A stretch of 64,000 nucleotides of DNA, from positions 1 to 64,000 of the IMG/VR virus record IMGVR_UViG_3300008261_000059; one strand, 5' to 3'. Under the pieces are notes generated by a model. It ran no database searches. It saw only the letters and a list, made by a program, of their open reading frames with translations, and was not told the DNA's origin. Both the position numbers and the translations under genes were made by a program. This document shows, piece by piece, positions 40,807 to 48,785 of this stretch (position 1 is its first letter; every line of letters begins with the position of its first letter). This DNA is from an uncultured virus (IMG/VR IMGVR_UViG_3300008261_000059). Lineage: Duplodnaviria > Heunggongvirae > Uroviricota > Caudoviricetes.

Positions 40807-40828
40807 TTTTCCACACCCTTGTGGAAAA
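40807..40828. promoter_or_regulatory. DnaA-box-like cluster 2 (inverted pair)
   Basis: TTTTCCACA-ccct-TGTGGAAAA. Confidence 0.6.
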
Positions 40829-41032
40829 AGAACAACACACAAACATATGTTTTTTAATACATTTTTTTTAATTATCTTTTATTACACAATTACATAAAAA
40901 TACATTATTTAACTTTATTCATCATGTTTTCTACTGTATAACTCATACCAATCAACATATAAGACATACACATTGATAAGGTAATAGAGTTAAAAATGTT
41001 TGGTAGAATAGGTATTGATTGCTTCATAGGTA

Positions 41033-41329
41033 TTAGTAAGAAGCAGGTTCAAGAGTAATGTTTTCTTTTCTTGAGAGTTTATCTACTTGATAAGAGATTT
41101 CATCATTCATACACTTATACACAGTCTCATAGATTACATCATAACAATCTAGATTAGAAAGAACTTGTTCTGCTAGTTCATCATTATATGGATAAACAAT
41201 TTGATTTGTAACTGGATCATAATGTTCTAATTCTTTTACATCATCCTTTGTATAAAGAAGATAAAAGACTTGTTCATTCGGATCACGTTTTTCTAATGAG
41301 TGAATAACGTCTTTAACTGTTTGTTTCAT
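41033..41329 (-). CDS. Hypothetical early protein
   Basis: Track ORF; ATGA-coupled to its neighbour; resembles 54530..54811. Confidence 0.6.
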   Translation of the reverse strand: MKQTVKDVIHSLEKRDPNEQVFYLLYTKDDVKELEHYDPVTNQIVYPYNDELAEQVLSNLDCYDVIYETVYKCMNDEISYQVDKLSRKENITLEPASY

Positions 41330-41520
41330 TTGATTAGGGCAATCAGTTCTTTTTGAATGTTTTGAATTTCTACTTCATCATCTACATCTTGCAAATCAAC
41401 AGGTGCAAATTCAGAAAGATTTACAGTGTTATCATTGTAGATAGGAGCATAATACAACTCTTTCGAATCTTCGTCAAGAGTGTAAAGTGCTGCGTGGTCT
41501 TGCTTTTGAAGAATAATCAT
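41326..41520 (-). CDS. Hypothetical early protein
   Basis: Track ORF; ATGA-coupled at both ends. Confidence 0.6.
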   Translation of the reverse strand: MIILQKQDHAALYTLDEDSKELYYAPIYNDNTVNLSEFAPVDLQDVDDEVEIQNIQKELIALIK

Positions 41521-41600
41521 TTGAGGGAATTAAGAATAATGAGAAGTTCGTTTCCTGTTTGTGCTTTGGACAGGAGATTGATCTTTTCTTTGCGTTTCAT
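41517..41600 (-). CDS. 27-aa peptide with TGxELL motif
   Basis: MKRKEKINLLSKAQTGNELLIILNSLK, read manually; coupled to the next gene. Confidence 0.5.
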   Translation of the reverse strand: MKRKEKINLLSKAQTGNELLIILNSLK

Positions 41601-41601
41601 A

Positions 41602-41745
41602 TCAGTTACTCATTACCTTATTGAACAGTGAATCATAATCATCTTGATTGATGTGGTCAGGAATACCTACATCATAGAAGAATTGAATCATAGATTGAAG
41701 AACTTCTAATTCTTCAGGAGTGAATCGGAAAATCATTTCTTCCAT
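41602..41745 (-). CDS. Small acidic early protein
   Basis: MEEMIFRFTPEELEVLQSMIQFFYDVG..., read manually. Confidence 0.5.
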   Translation of the reverse strand: MEEMIFRFTPEELEVLQSMIQFFYDVGIPDHINQDDYDSLFNKVMSN

Positions 41746-42123
41746 TTGATTTCTTGTGCTTTGAGGTACTTGTATTCTCGAATAAAAACTTTAATTGCCC
41801 AGATTGCAGTTGCGGTTTTACCAATCAACAGAATCCAACCTAATGTCATCATTGCTCTTTTTGCTCTACAAGTTTAGCAGGTGAACCACAAGACCGATAG
41901 AAATCAACCATTGCTTGTGCTTCTCTTACATTCGGGAATGATTGAAACCTCCACTCACAATCGTTGTAAGGCACTTGATAAGTAATCTTCACTTGATTAT
42001 ACATTTCAATCATTCCTCAATGAAACAAATTTGACTTTGTTCTGCTGCTAACTCTTGCTCCTCATTCACAGTTGCAAATGCAGGAGAAGTTAAAAGAAAG
42101 AAAAGAAGAATATATTTCATCAA

Positions 42124-42285
42124 TCAACCATTGATGAGTTGTTGGACTTGATTGAAATCCTTACATTGTGCTGCTTTAATTGCATTTGTGATGCTATAAG
42201 TCACAAAACCACAACGGTGTTCTGCATTACACACAGCATAACCAATTTGTTTGGTCTGAATGTCAAAAACAGTTTTAATCAGCAT
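42124..42285 (-). CDS. Small early protein
   Basis: MLIKTVFDIQTKQIGYAVCNAEHRCGF..., read manually. Confidence 0.5.
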   Translation of the reverse strand: MLIKTVFDIQTKQIGYAVCNAEHRCGFVTYSITNAIKAAQCKDFNQVQQLING

Positions 42286-42324
42286 TGCTTGTTTGTGTTT
42301 ATGTGGGACAGATAGAATTAAGAA

Positions 42325-42489
42325 TCAGTCTGCGTATTGTGCATAAACAATCGCAATCTCGGCATTTTCTTCATCATTGAAAGAAATGCCACACATATCA
42401 AGCATCCAATCATAAACCATTTCCCAATCTGCTTCCATCTCAGAAATGAAAGAAGGCAGAGATTGAATTGCTTCGGAAAAAGTCATCAT
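42325..42489 (-). CDS. Small acidic early protein
   Basis: MMTFSEAIQSLPSFISEMEADWEMVYDW..., read manually. Confidence 0.5.
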   Translation of the reverse strand: MMTFSEAIQSLPSFISEMEADWEMVYDWMLDMCGISFNDEENAEIAIVYAQYAD

Positions 42490-42527
42490 TGATTGTTTTG
42501 TTTGTTTGTTGAAAAGAGAATTAAGAT

Positions 42528-42701
42528 TCAGATGCGGGCAAGAGCATCTTTCTTTTGCTTCGGATTGGAAACTTGCTTACACCAAGAAGACTTGCGATAA
42601 GAACCAACTTGAGAAGGAAGTTTTTGCTTACCCTGAACTTCATTCACAAGAGTAATGAAGTTCATGAAGAATTGCTTTTCCATCCGTTGAGCAGCAGTCA
42701 T
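42528..42701 (-). CDS. Small basic early protein
   Basis: MTAAQRMEKQFFMNFITLVNEVQGKQKLPSQ..., first ORF after the promoter at 42764-42821. Confidence 0.55.
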   Translation of the reverse strand: MTAAQRMEKQFFMNFITLVNEVQGKQKLPSQVGSYRKSSWCKQVSNPKQKKDALARI

Positions 42702-42763
42702 CTGAATTCAAATAAAGAATTGGACTTAGGTGGGACAGGCACCCCTGCTCCCTCCACCCTCTT

Positions 42764-42821
42764 AATATAGCACCTTTTGGGGTCTGTGCTCTTTTAGTGT
42801 GCCAGTGCTACAGGTGGCACA
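42764..42821 (-). promoter_or_regulatory. Early promoter with palindromic element
   Basis: tgtgcca-N10-tggcaca at 42798-42821; -10 TGcTATATT 28 bp away. Confidence 0.8.
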
Positions 42822-42866
42822 GGGTATCATTGGACTCAGATGAGTTGATGATACCTTAGAGGTCAG

Positions 42867-43094
42867 TCATTTCGCATTACTGAAACCTTGAGCAATTCCA
42901 GTTACAAATGCAGCACCAATACTCATCCAAAAATCAGGACTTTGCACACACTCAGAAACTGCTTGTGCCCAATCTTGAGGAGTAGAGTTCATCAGCATTT
43001 TCTTCTGTTCAGGAGTCAGATTAGAAACAGTTTCACTCCAGGCAGTTTCAATCTCTTGCTCAAACACTTGACTGAAAGAAGACAAATCACTCAT
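42867..43094 (-). CDS. Hypothetical protein
   Basis: Track ORF downstream of a consensus promoter. Confidence 0.6.
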   Translation of the reverse strand: MSDLSSFSQVFEQEIETAWSETVSNLTPEQKKMLMNSTPQDWAQAVSECVQSPDFWMSIGAAFVTGIAQGFSNAK

Positions 43095-43109
43095 CTCTGA
43101 ACTCCGTTC

Positions 43110-43138
43110 ATCATAGCACCAATCCCGATGCTTGTCAA
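43110..43138 (-). promoter_or_regulatory. Consensus sigma70 promoter (no palindrome)
   Basis: TTGACA-N17-TATGAT with an extended TG. Confidence 0.75.
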
Positions 43139-43197
43139 GGGGTCTACGGTTCTTCTACCTATCAGCATCCCTGATGGGTATGCTGGGGAAAACAAGA

Positions 43198-43353
43198 CTA
43201 CATCTCATTCACCATAAAATCAATTTGATTCTGATAGTAATTGATGTCTTCAGTAATAGATTCAATCACCTGAACTTGATGTTTAGGTACATTGTCCCTT
43301 TCTTTCTGAAGTTCTTGAATCCGTTGCATCAACAGTTTAACTTGGTCTTCCAT
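43198..43353 (-). CDS. Small coiled-coil protein
   Basis: MEDQVKLLMQRIQELQKERDN..., read manually. Confidence 0.5.
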   Translation of the reverse strand: MEDQVKLLMQRIQELQKERDNVPKHQVQVIESITEDINYYQNQIDFMVNEM

Positions 43354-43358
43354 TGTTA

Positions 43359-43646
43359 TTACAGTTGCACAAGGACTTTCATCATTGCAGAAACTTCTGC
43401 TTTAGTATTCCATCCAATCACATCTTCAGTCATATTTCCATTCGGTCGGAAGATTGCAACCTCATAAGTATTGTCAGTCACATTACCATACAATCCACTT
43501 CCAGGAAGTCCAGCAACAACAGAAATACTCCAATCATTTCTGAACTTATACCTTCCCTGAATTGCACCAGGAATAGAATGTGCTTCAAACTCAAGTTGCT
43601 CAAACATTGTATCAAACAAATTGTTGGGACAGTGCATACTTAACAA
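43359..43646 (-). CDS. Conserved phage hypothetical protein (start probably near 43607)
   Basis: KFRNDWSISVV...GLYG...TYEVAIF...DVIGW pattern seen in many phage proteins. Confidence 0.6.
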   Translation of the reverse strand: MLSMHCPNNLFDTMFEQLEFEAHSIPGAIQGRYKFRNDWSISVVAGLPGSGLYGNVTDNTYEVAIFRPNGNMTEDVIGWNTKAEVSAMMKVLVQL

Positions 43647-43944
43647 TCTCTGTGCGATTGTCTTTGTACTCTAGAAGAAGGTCAATGATGGGTTTAGTGT
43701 CCTCTGGATTTTGAAGTTCAGGGTCACACTCATCATTGGCAAGTGCAGTAAAAATACTTGCAATCTCAAAGTCTGATTCAAACAGAAGTTCCCGATGCTC
43801 GTCAATTTGTAGATAATCATCTACAGCATTACCAGTCAATTTCAATGGAACATCAGGACCAATCAAACCCAAAGTGGCAAGTCGTTCCAATGCACCAACA
43901 ACCCACATAATTTTGCACTCACCAATCGACAGTTCTGTGTTCAT
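43612..43944 (-). CDS. Hypothetical acidic protein
   Basis: Track ORF on the coding strand. Confidence 0.6.
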   Translation of the reverse strand: MNTELSIGECKIMWVVGALERLATLGLIGPDVPLKLTGNAVDDYLQIDEHRELLFESDFEIASIFTALANDECDPELQNPEDTKPIIDLLLEYKDNRTEIVKYALSQQFV

Positions 43945-43985
43945 TGTATTAAGAATAAAGGGAAGAAAGGGAAAGGGTGTTTAAC

Positions 43986-44660
43986 TCACACCCCACAGAG
44001 TTGCTTAGTCACAGAACCAGATGCTTGACGGTTCAGAGAAACACCAGCACCAACGTTAGAACCAGCATAAGCACCAGCACCGTTAGCACCATTCATCTTC
44101 TTGGCACGTCCGAATCGCATCGTGGAGAGTTTGCTCTTCACTGCATCAGCATCATCATGCACTCGGTTCTCTGCTACTTTCATTTCACGCAGACGTTCTG
44201 CAACCTTATCAGCAAATGCTTTACGGAAGTTCAACTTGAAACTGCGAGAAACAGTTTTACCAGTAATGTCTGCCATAACCTTCTCTGCTTTATGTGCAAC
44301 ATCTGCCTCTTTCTCCATCACCTGAACCAGGTAATCATAATAGAGACGCACTTGGATTTGTTGTGCTTCACTACCAATCACCTGCAGAGATTTGGTATCT
44401 CCATTCTTCAGGTATGCCATTGCATCATAGAACTTTGCAATCGCATTAGCAATCGTAGTCAGAGCAACATTGGTTTTCTTGAAAGAGATAAAAGACTCAT
44501 CAAGAACTTGAGTTTCAGTTGCCTCACTGATGGTTACACCATACTGCTTGCACAGTTTGTCAATCATCTTAGCAGCAGCATCTGCCTCACCCTCAAAAGA
44601 AGTTCCATTCTGAAGTTTCAGGATGGATTGAATCTTTGCGATGACTTGAGTGCGGTCCAT
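43986..44660 (-). CDS. DUF2786-domain protein
   Basis: MDRTQVIAKIQSILKL..TSFEGEADAAAKMIDKLCKQYGV; later RSFKLNFRKAFADKVAERL; start placed downstream of the promoter. Confidence 0.7.
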   Translation of the reverse strand: MDRTQVIAKIQSILKLQNGTSFEGEADAAAKMIDKLCKQYGVTISEATETQVLDESFISFKKTNVALTTIANAIAKFYDAMAYLKNGDTKSLQVIGSEAQQIQVRLYYDYLVQVMEKEADVAHKAEKVMADITGKTVSRSFKLNFRKAFADKVAERLREMKVAENRVHDDADAVKSKLSTMRFGRAKKMNGANGAGAYAGSNVGAGVSLNRQASGSVTKQLCGV

Positions 44661-44711
44661 TGTAAAGAATTGAGATTGGGACTCGGGTGGGACTGCTCCC
44701 TCCACCCTCTT

Positions 44712-44769
44712 AATCTACCAGAAAAAAGTGCCAGTGCCCGTTTAGTGTGCCACCAGTACAAGTGGCACA
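44712..44769 (-). promoter_or_regulatory. Early promoter with palindromic element
   Basis: tgtgccac-cagtacaa-gtggcaca at 44746-44769; -10 TGgTAGATT 28 bp away. Confidence 0.8.
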
Positions 44770-44935
44770 GGGTATCACTGGACTCACCGAGTTGTGCTGA
44801 TAATGTCAGCAACAGTGTAAAGTGTGTTTGCAGTCAGATTCCTCACACCAGGAGAGAAAATAAATGCAACCGCAAAGATAAGAATTATAGTTCGCATCTT
44901 ATCTGGTGCTTTGAAAGTTAATGTCTTAGTTCGCA

Positions 44936-45139
44936 TCAGGCACAGATGGAATAGAGTTTGTTGAACTCATATTCTCCATCTTCACCCTCAACTGCCTGAT
45001 AAACAAATACAGTTTCACCAGACAGTTCAACACTCCAATCAAGAGCATCTTCTTTGGCATTGTCTACATCTTGATACCACTCGGCATCAATAAGGTCAAA
45101 AGAGACAGGGCAAGAAAGAAACATTGGAGTCAAAAACAA
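44936..45139 (-). CDS. Small acidic protein
   Basis: Track ORF (AKEDALDWSVELSGETVFVY); start uncertain. Confidence 0.55.
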   Translation of the reverse strand: MFLTPMFLSCPVSFDLIDAEWYQDVDNAKEDALDWSVELSGETVFVYQAVEGEDGEYEFNKLYSICA

Positions 45140-45218
45140 ATGAATTAAGTTGATGGTGCAAGTGTGATATGCCTCATCAGGACATAACAGGGACTTGCAC
45201 TCTATCGTTTCTATTTAA

Positions 45219-45416
45219 TCAGACTGCAGCAAGGTAAGCAGCAATCTCATCATCATTCTCGGGACAATCAGCAATGCCCAGTTGATCACAAACTTGCTCA
45301 CGAGTGAGTTCAGTTTGGTCAGGAACAATCACATCAAGAATGTTCAGAAGTTGAGTTCCAGTAGCACCCTTGCGGAGCATACCGAGCATCACATCTTTGG
45401 AGAAAGAAACAGTCAT
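45219..45416 (-). CDS. Early protein with TGxQLL motif
   Basis: MTVSFSKDVMLGMLRKGATGTQLLNILDVI...; start placed downstream of the promoter. Confidence 0.6.
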   Translation of the reverse strand: MTVSFSKDVMLGMLRKGATGTQLLNILDVIVPDQTELTREQVCDQLGIADCPENDDEIAAYLAAV

Positions 45417-45479
45417 TTGAGTTGGAGTTAGTTTGACGTTTGTGGGGTGGGTTGGTTGCCCTTCCCTCACCACCCCTAT

Positions 45480-45537
45480 ACAATACCACATTTTGGGCAC
45501 TGTGCTCATTTACTGTGCCACCAGTACAAGTGGCACA
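45480..45537 (-). promoter_or_regulatory. Early promoter with palindromic element
   Basis: Perfect palindrome arms at 45514-45537; -10 TGgTATTGT 28 bp away. Confidence 0.8.
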
Positions 45538-45986
45538 TCGCATAATTGGACTCGGTGGGACTGGATTTTGCTAGGAAGCACCAACCCCCCTGAGTCCTAT
45601 GCGGGACACATAATGAGACCGAGAAGAGTTTTTGTTTCTTCTCTGATTCCACCTGCAACCCAGGCACCCCCCACCGCAGGATGCAGTCCCATTGCAGTCT
45701 CGTGTGAAACTGTTGATTTGGGATTTTTCTGCAATCTGGGGTCAAGGTGCCCTAGGTCATGGACCACAATCTCATCGACGGTCCATCTGAAACTGTTGAG
45801 AATCAGGCAGATTCCAGCAGTTCAGGATAATAGTCTTTAACTTCTGTAATCAATTCTTCCTCAGTATAATCAGTAAGATTTTCTACGAGAGTATCATAAA
45901 CAAAACGTTCCATTGTTTTGTAGTCCATGCTATCCAGCATTTGCTGAGCATAAGCATCAATCAGGTCTTCTTTATTCATGATAAGT

Positions 45987-46199
45987 TCAGTGAGATTCAG
46001 AAATTACAAGGTAATCAAGTGAATTGACACACCAACCAGTTTGGTCGGAAATCAAATCAGAAAGTTCATCTTCATTATCAACCTCGAAGACTTCACCAAT
46101 CACAGATTTAGCAACTGCGACTTGCTCATCATAAGGAAGTTCCCCAGATGAATCTTCAAAGTCAAACTCAATGTCAGTTAGTTTCAGAAGCATTGTCAA
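45987..46199 (-). CDS. Small acidic protein
   Basis: TDIEFDFED...EDELSDLISDQTGWCVNSLDY. Confidence 0.6.
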   Translation of the reverse strand: MTMLLKLTDIEFDFEDSSGELPYDEQVAVAKSVIGEVFEVDNEDELSDLISDQTGWCVNSLDYLVISESH

Positions 46200-46444
46200 A
46201 CCTCAGCAAAAGGATTAGCAAGTTGCGGAATCGTATTGAAATCTACAACTTCATAAGGAATGGTGTGATTAAGATACTCTTCAATCTCAAGATTCATCTC
46301 AATTCGATTGAGAAACTTCTTGGATTGACTTTGACCCATAAAAGTCAAAGTTTTTAGAAACCACTCTTCGGATACATTGCCCATCGGAGTTTTGATGGGG
46401 TAGAAATCCACCACCATGTTGCCATCTTTAGATTGGAGTTTCAT
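46196..46444 (-). CDS. Cyanophage hypothetical protein
   Basis: MKLQSKDGNMVVDFYPIKT. Confidence 0.6.
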   Translation of the reverse strand: MKLQSKDGNMVVDFYPIKTPMGNVSEEWFLKTLTFMGQSQSKKFLNRIEMNLEIEEYLNHTIPYEVVDFNTIPQLANPFAEV

Positions 46445-46488
46445 TGAGTGATTAGAATGAAGTGAATTGGAGTTAAGAAACTAACGTG

Positions 46489-46896
46489 TCAGAATTGTGT
46501 ATCGAACACAAACCCATCTTCATAAACGCAATCAAGATTATCGAAACTTGATTCCCAATCAATTTCCAGAAAACCAGGCATTTCCGTAGTATAACAGTCA
46601 TTCACAAAGTTCTCTACATATTCACCTTTAGAACTCCAAGCACCACGGTAAGAATCTTGGAAACCAGGAAGTTGGTCGAGACCAAAATACTCAACAAAAG
46701 CATCTACTGCTTCATAATTGTATTCTTCTCCAAGTTGACAATAATCTTCGTAAAACTTTACGAGATTATCTTCACCGTGCTCTCCAATGAACTCATAAAT
46801 GTCCTCATCGGAAAAGTTATTATCAACCAGTTCTTTGATAAACTCAACAGTCGATTCTTTGAGATTCACTTCGATTGCAGGCATTGGGTTTCTCAA
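46489..46896 (-). CDS. ArdA-like antirestriction (DNA-mimic) protein
   Basis: Very acidic; EAVDAF..FQDSYRGAWSS..EYVE..MPGFLEIDWE..DNL..DGFVF resembles the ArdA C-terminal half. Confidence 0.55.
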   Translation of the reverse strand: MRNPMPAIEVNLKESTVEFIKELVDNNFSDEDIYEFIGEHGEDNLVKFYEDYCQLGEEYNYEAVDAFVEYFGLDQLPGFQDSYRGAWSSKGEYVENFVNDCYTTEMPGFLEIDWESSFDNLDCVYEDGFVFDTQF

Positions 46897-46912
46897 CCTC
46901 GATTACTTTGTA

Positions 46913-46972
46913 ATCATAGCACCCCCAGCAGGGGTTTGGACGGTGTAATGTGCCACCTCTACAAGTGGCACA
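46913..46972 (-). promoter_or_regulatory. Early promoter with palindromic element
   Basis: Palindrome at 46949-46972; -10 TGcTATGAT 30 bp away. Confidence 0.8.
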
Positions 46973-47150
46973 GTCTCACTCAAGACTCACTCATCATACC
47001 AGTATTCATAATCTTTCACAATGTCATCAGGATGATGATACTTTTCAGTCATACGGTCAATGAAATCTTGGACCTCACCATCATCTAAATCAGCATTGAA
47101 ATAAATCGTGAGGTTGACAGATTTATATTGAGTCACAGTCGTTTGTTCCA

Positions 47151-47561
47151 TCAAAGTTGTTCTTGAATCAGTTTAGAAAGTTCATTGAAAGTATAACCTG
47201 AATCGTTCAGGTCCGCAAGTCCTTCGTGATAGAACCAACTATCTTCATCATCTTCTTCAACATCAATTTTTACCACAGGACAATTTTCAGTGAATCCTGC
47301 CCAATCCATTACAGATTCGGGCACAAACTCACTTTGGTCTTCAAAATACCAATAGTCTTTAGGTTGAAGATTAGTTTCTTCAATGCCCCTAAACTCCCAT
47401 TCAGTATTGTGTTCTTGTGCATAAAGGTCACACAGAACACCAAGACAACAATAACCACTCACAGTGCGGAGTTTTTCACTGCCCTGCTCGTATTTACCAG
47501 AACGCAGAGCATCAATCCACTTTTGCTTAACTTCAGGATTCATTGCCGTTGACATCATCAA
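47151..47561 (-). CDS. Conserved phage protein (CCLGVLC motif)
   Basis: MNPEVKQKWIDALRSGKYEQG..L...YCCLGVLCDL...LNDSGYTFNELSKLI. Confidence 0.7.
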   Translation of the reverse strand: MMMSTAMNPEVKQKWIDALRSGKYEQGSEKLRTVSGYCCLGVLCDLYAQEHNTEWEFRGIEETNLQPKDYWYFEDQSEFVPESVMDWAGFTENCPVVKIDVEEDDEDSWFYHEGLADLNDSGYTFNELSKLIQEQL

Positions 47562-47727
47562 ACCAAGTGTCGAGTGAGTTAAAAATTTCAGTTACAATAG
47601 TATCAGTAATAGAATCAATGTGTGGTTCAGGATTGTGCTTAAACGCACGGTTGTATCCGAACCTAACACCTTCCTCTATTGCCATTTCCAATACATTACG
47701 GAATCTAGGTTTCATAACACCTCCCAA
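47533..47727 (-). CDS. Hypothetical protein
   Basis: MKPRFRNVLEMAIEEGVRFGYNRAFKH. Confidence 0.6.
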   Translation of the reverse strand: MGGVMKPRFRNVLEMAIEEGVRFGYNRAFKHNPEPHIDSITDTIVTEIFNSLDTWFDDVNGNES

Positions 47728-47915
47728 TCACATTCCCAAGAGTCATTGACATTTACCCAAAAGAAGTATTTTTGATTCTCTGATGCGAGAAACAACATAC
47801 CATCACCCTTGTCTTGCTCTACAATACAAGTTGGGTTGTTATCCATAAAATTGCAAAGTCTATTCTTTGCTTTCTTGGATTTAGGTCTAACAATTACTTT
47901 GCGTGGATGTGACAT
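47712..47915 (-). CDS. Hypothetical protein
   Basis: VRPKSKKAKNRLCNFMD...FLASENQKYFFWV. Confidence 0.6.
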   Translation of the reverse strand: MSHPRKVIVRPKSKKAKNRLCNFMDNNPTCIVEQDKGDGMLFLASENQKYFFWVNVNDSWECDWEVL

Positions 47916-48142
47916 TAGTTCACAGTAAGAACAAGTTTAGCAACACGTTTCTCTCCAGCAACTTCCTGCAACTTATCATAAACTTTTTGGAACTGAACTC
48001 CCAAGTTCATATAATAAGCAGAAAGTTGATAATTCTCTGCAAGATAAAGAGCATTTTCTTTCTCTTCAAGTGCAGAGATAATGTCTAGCAACTCACCAGA
48101 AGTAAATGAAATTGAAGTCATTTTGCAGAGTTCGGAAAACAA
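47915..48142 (-). CDS. Hypothetical protein
   Basis: Track ORF in a coupled gene run; start probably at MTSISF. Confidence 0.55.
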   Translation of the reverse strand: MFSELCKMTSISFTSGELLDIISALEEKENALYLAENYQLSAYYMNLGVQFQKVYDKLQEVAGEKRVAKLVLTVN

Positions 48143-48354
48143 ATACCATCAACATTAGTGGAAATAGTTGTCTCTAAGACAACATCAAAATCTTCAGTCA
48201 TTTTGACATAATTCCAGAGAGTGTCAGTCTCATCTTCCACATTTTCCTGATAACAGTGAATGAAACCTTCCGAGTCTTGTTTTACATAACAACCATCATA
48301 GTCTTCATTATCAAAGACATAACCAGATGCAATTAGTGCTTCAATGAAAGTCAT
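48118..48354 (-). CDS. Hypothetical acidic protein
   Basis: Track ORF; ATGA-coupled. Confidence 0.55.
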   Translation of the reverse strand: MTFIEALIASGYVFDNEDYDGCYVKQDSEGFIHCYQENVEDETDTLWNYVKMTEDFDVVLETTISTNVDGICFPNSAK

Positions 48355-48578
48355 TTGATGTCGAAGATGTCGAATAGTTCTCGTTGAGTTTTAGTGAAGA
48401 GTGTATCTTCAGGGGGATACTCATAGAGTTCCAACTCAAACTCTTTGTAGAAATACATAATGTCCCGAAGAGCAGTAAGTTGCTTCTCGGTCAAGATTTC
48501 TTCAATAGTCAGCACAGTGTCAAGCATAGTTTCAGTAATCAGTTCCGTCATTTTCACACTCTTGAATCCAATAAGCAT
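48351..48578 (-). CDS. Hypothetical acidic protein
   Basis: Track ORF; start probably at MTELITE. Confidence 0.55.
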   Translation of the reverse strand: MLIGFKSVKMTELITETMLDTVLTIEEILTEKQLTALRDIMYFYKEFELELYEYPPEDTLFTKTQRELFDIFDIK

Positions 48579-48719
48579 AGCACGGAAAGTTCAGAGGATG
48601 GTCTACATTCCGTTTGTACCAATCGTATGCAAGACGCAAACGATTTTCAGGCACCTGCAAATAAGGAATGTTTGTCAGATGCGGGGTGTAAGTCATTGGA
48701 CTTCCTCAACCATGAATCC

Positions 48720-48779
48720 ATAATACCCCAGAATCCCCCGTACCGCAACCGCATCTGTGCCACCCCTACAAGTGGCACA
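48720..48779 (-). promoter_or_regulatory. Early promoter with palindromic element
   Basis: Palindrome at 48756-48779; -10 TATTAT 30 bp away. Confidence 0.75.
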
Positions 48780-48785
48780 CCAGCA

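Larger units (their letters stand above)
39970..41030. other. Long non-coding region, putative replication origin
   Basis: About 1.05 kb with no ORF of 60 aa or more; contains iteron-like repeats, DnaA-type boxes, divergent promoters and an AT-rich tract at about 40845-40925. Confidence 0.55.

Noticed and set aside
43977..44921. 314-aa + strand ORF
   Set aside because: Antisense shadow of the DUF2786 gene; no recognisable motifs
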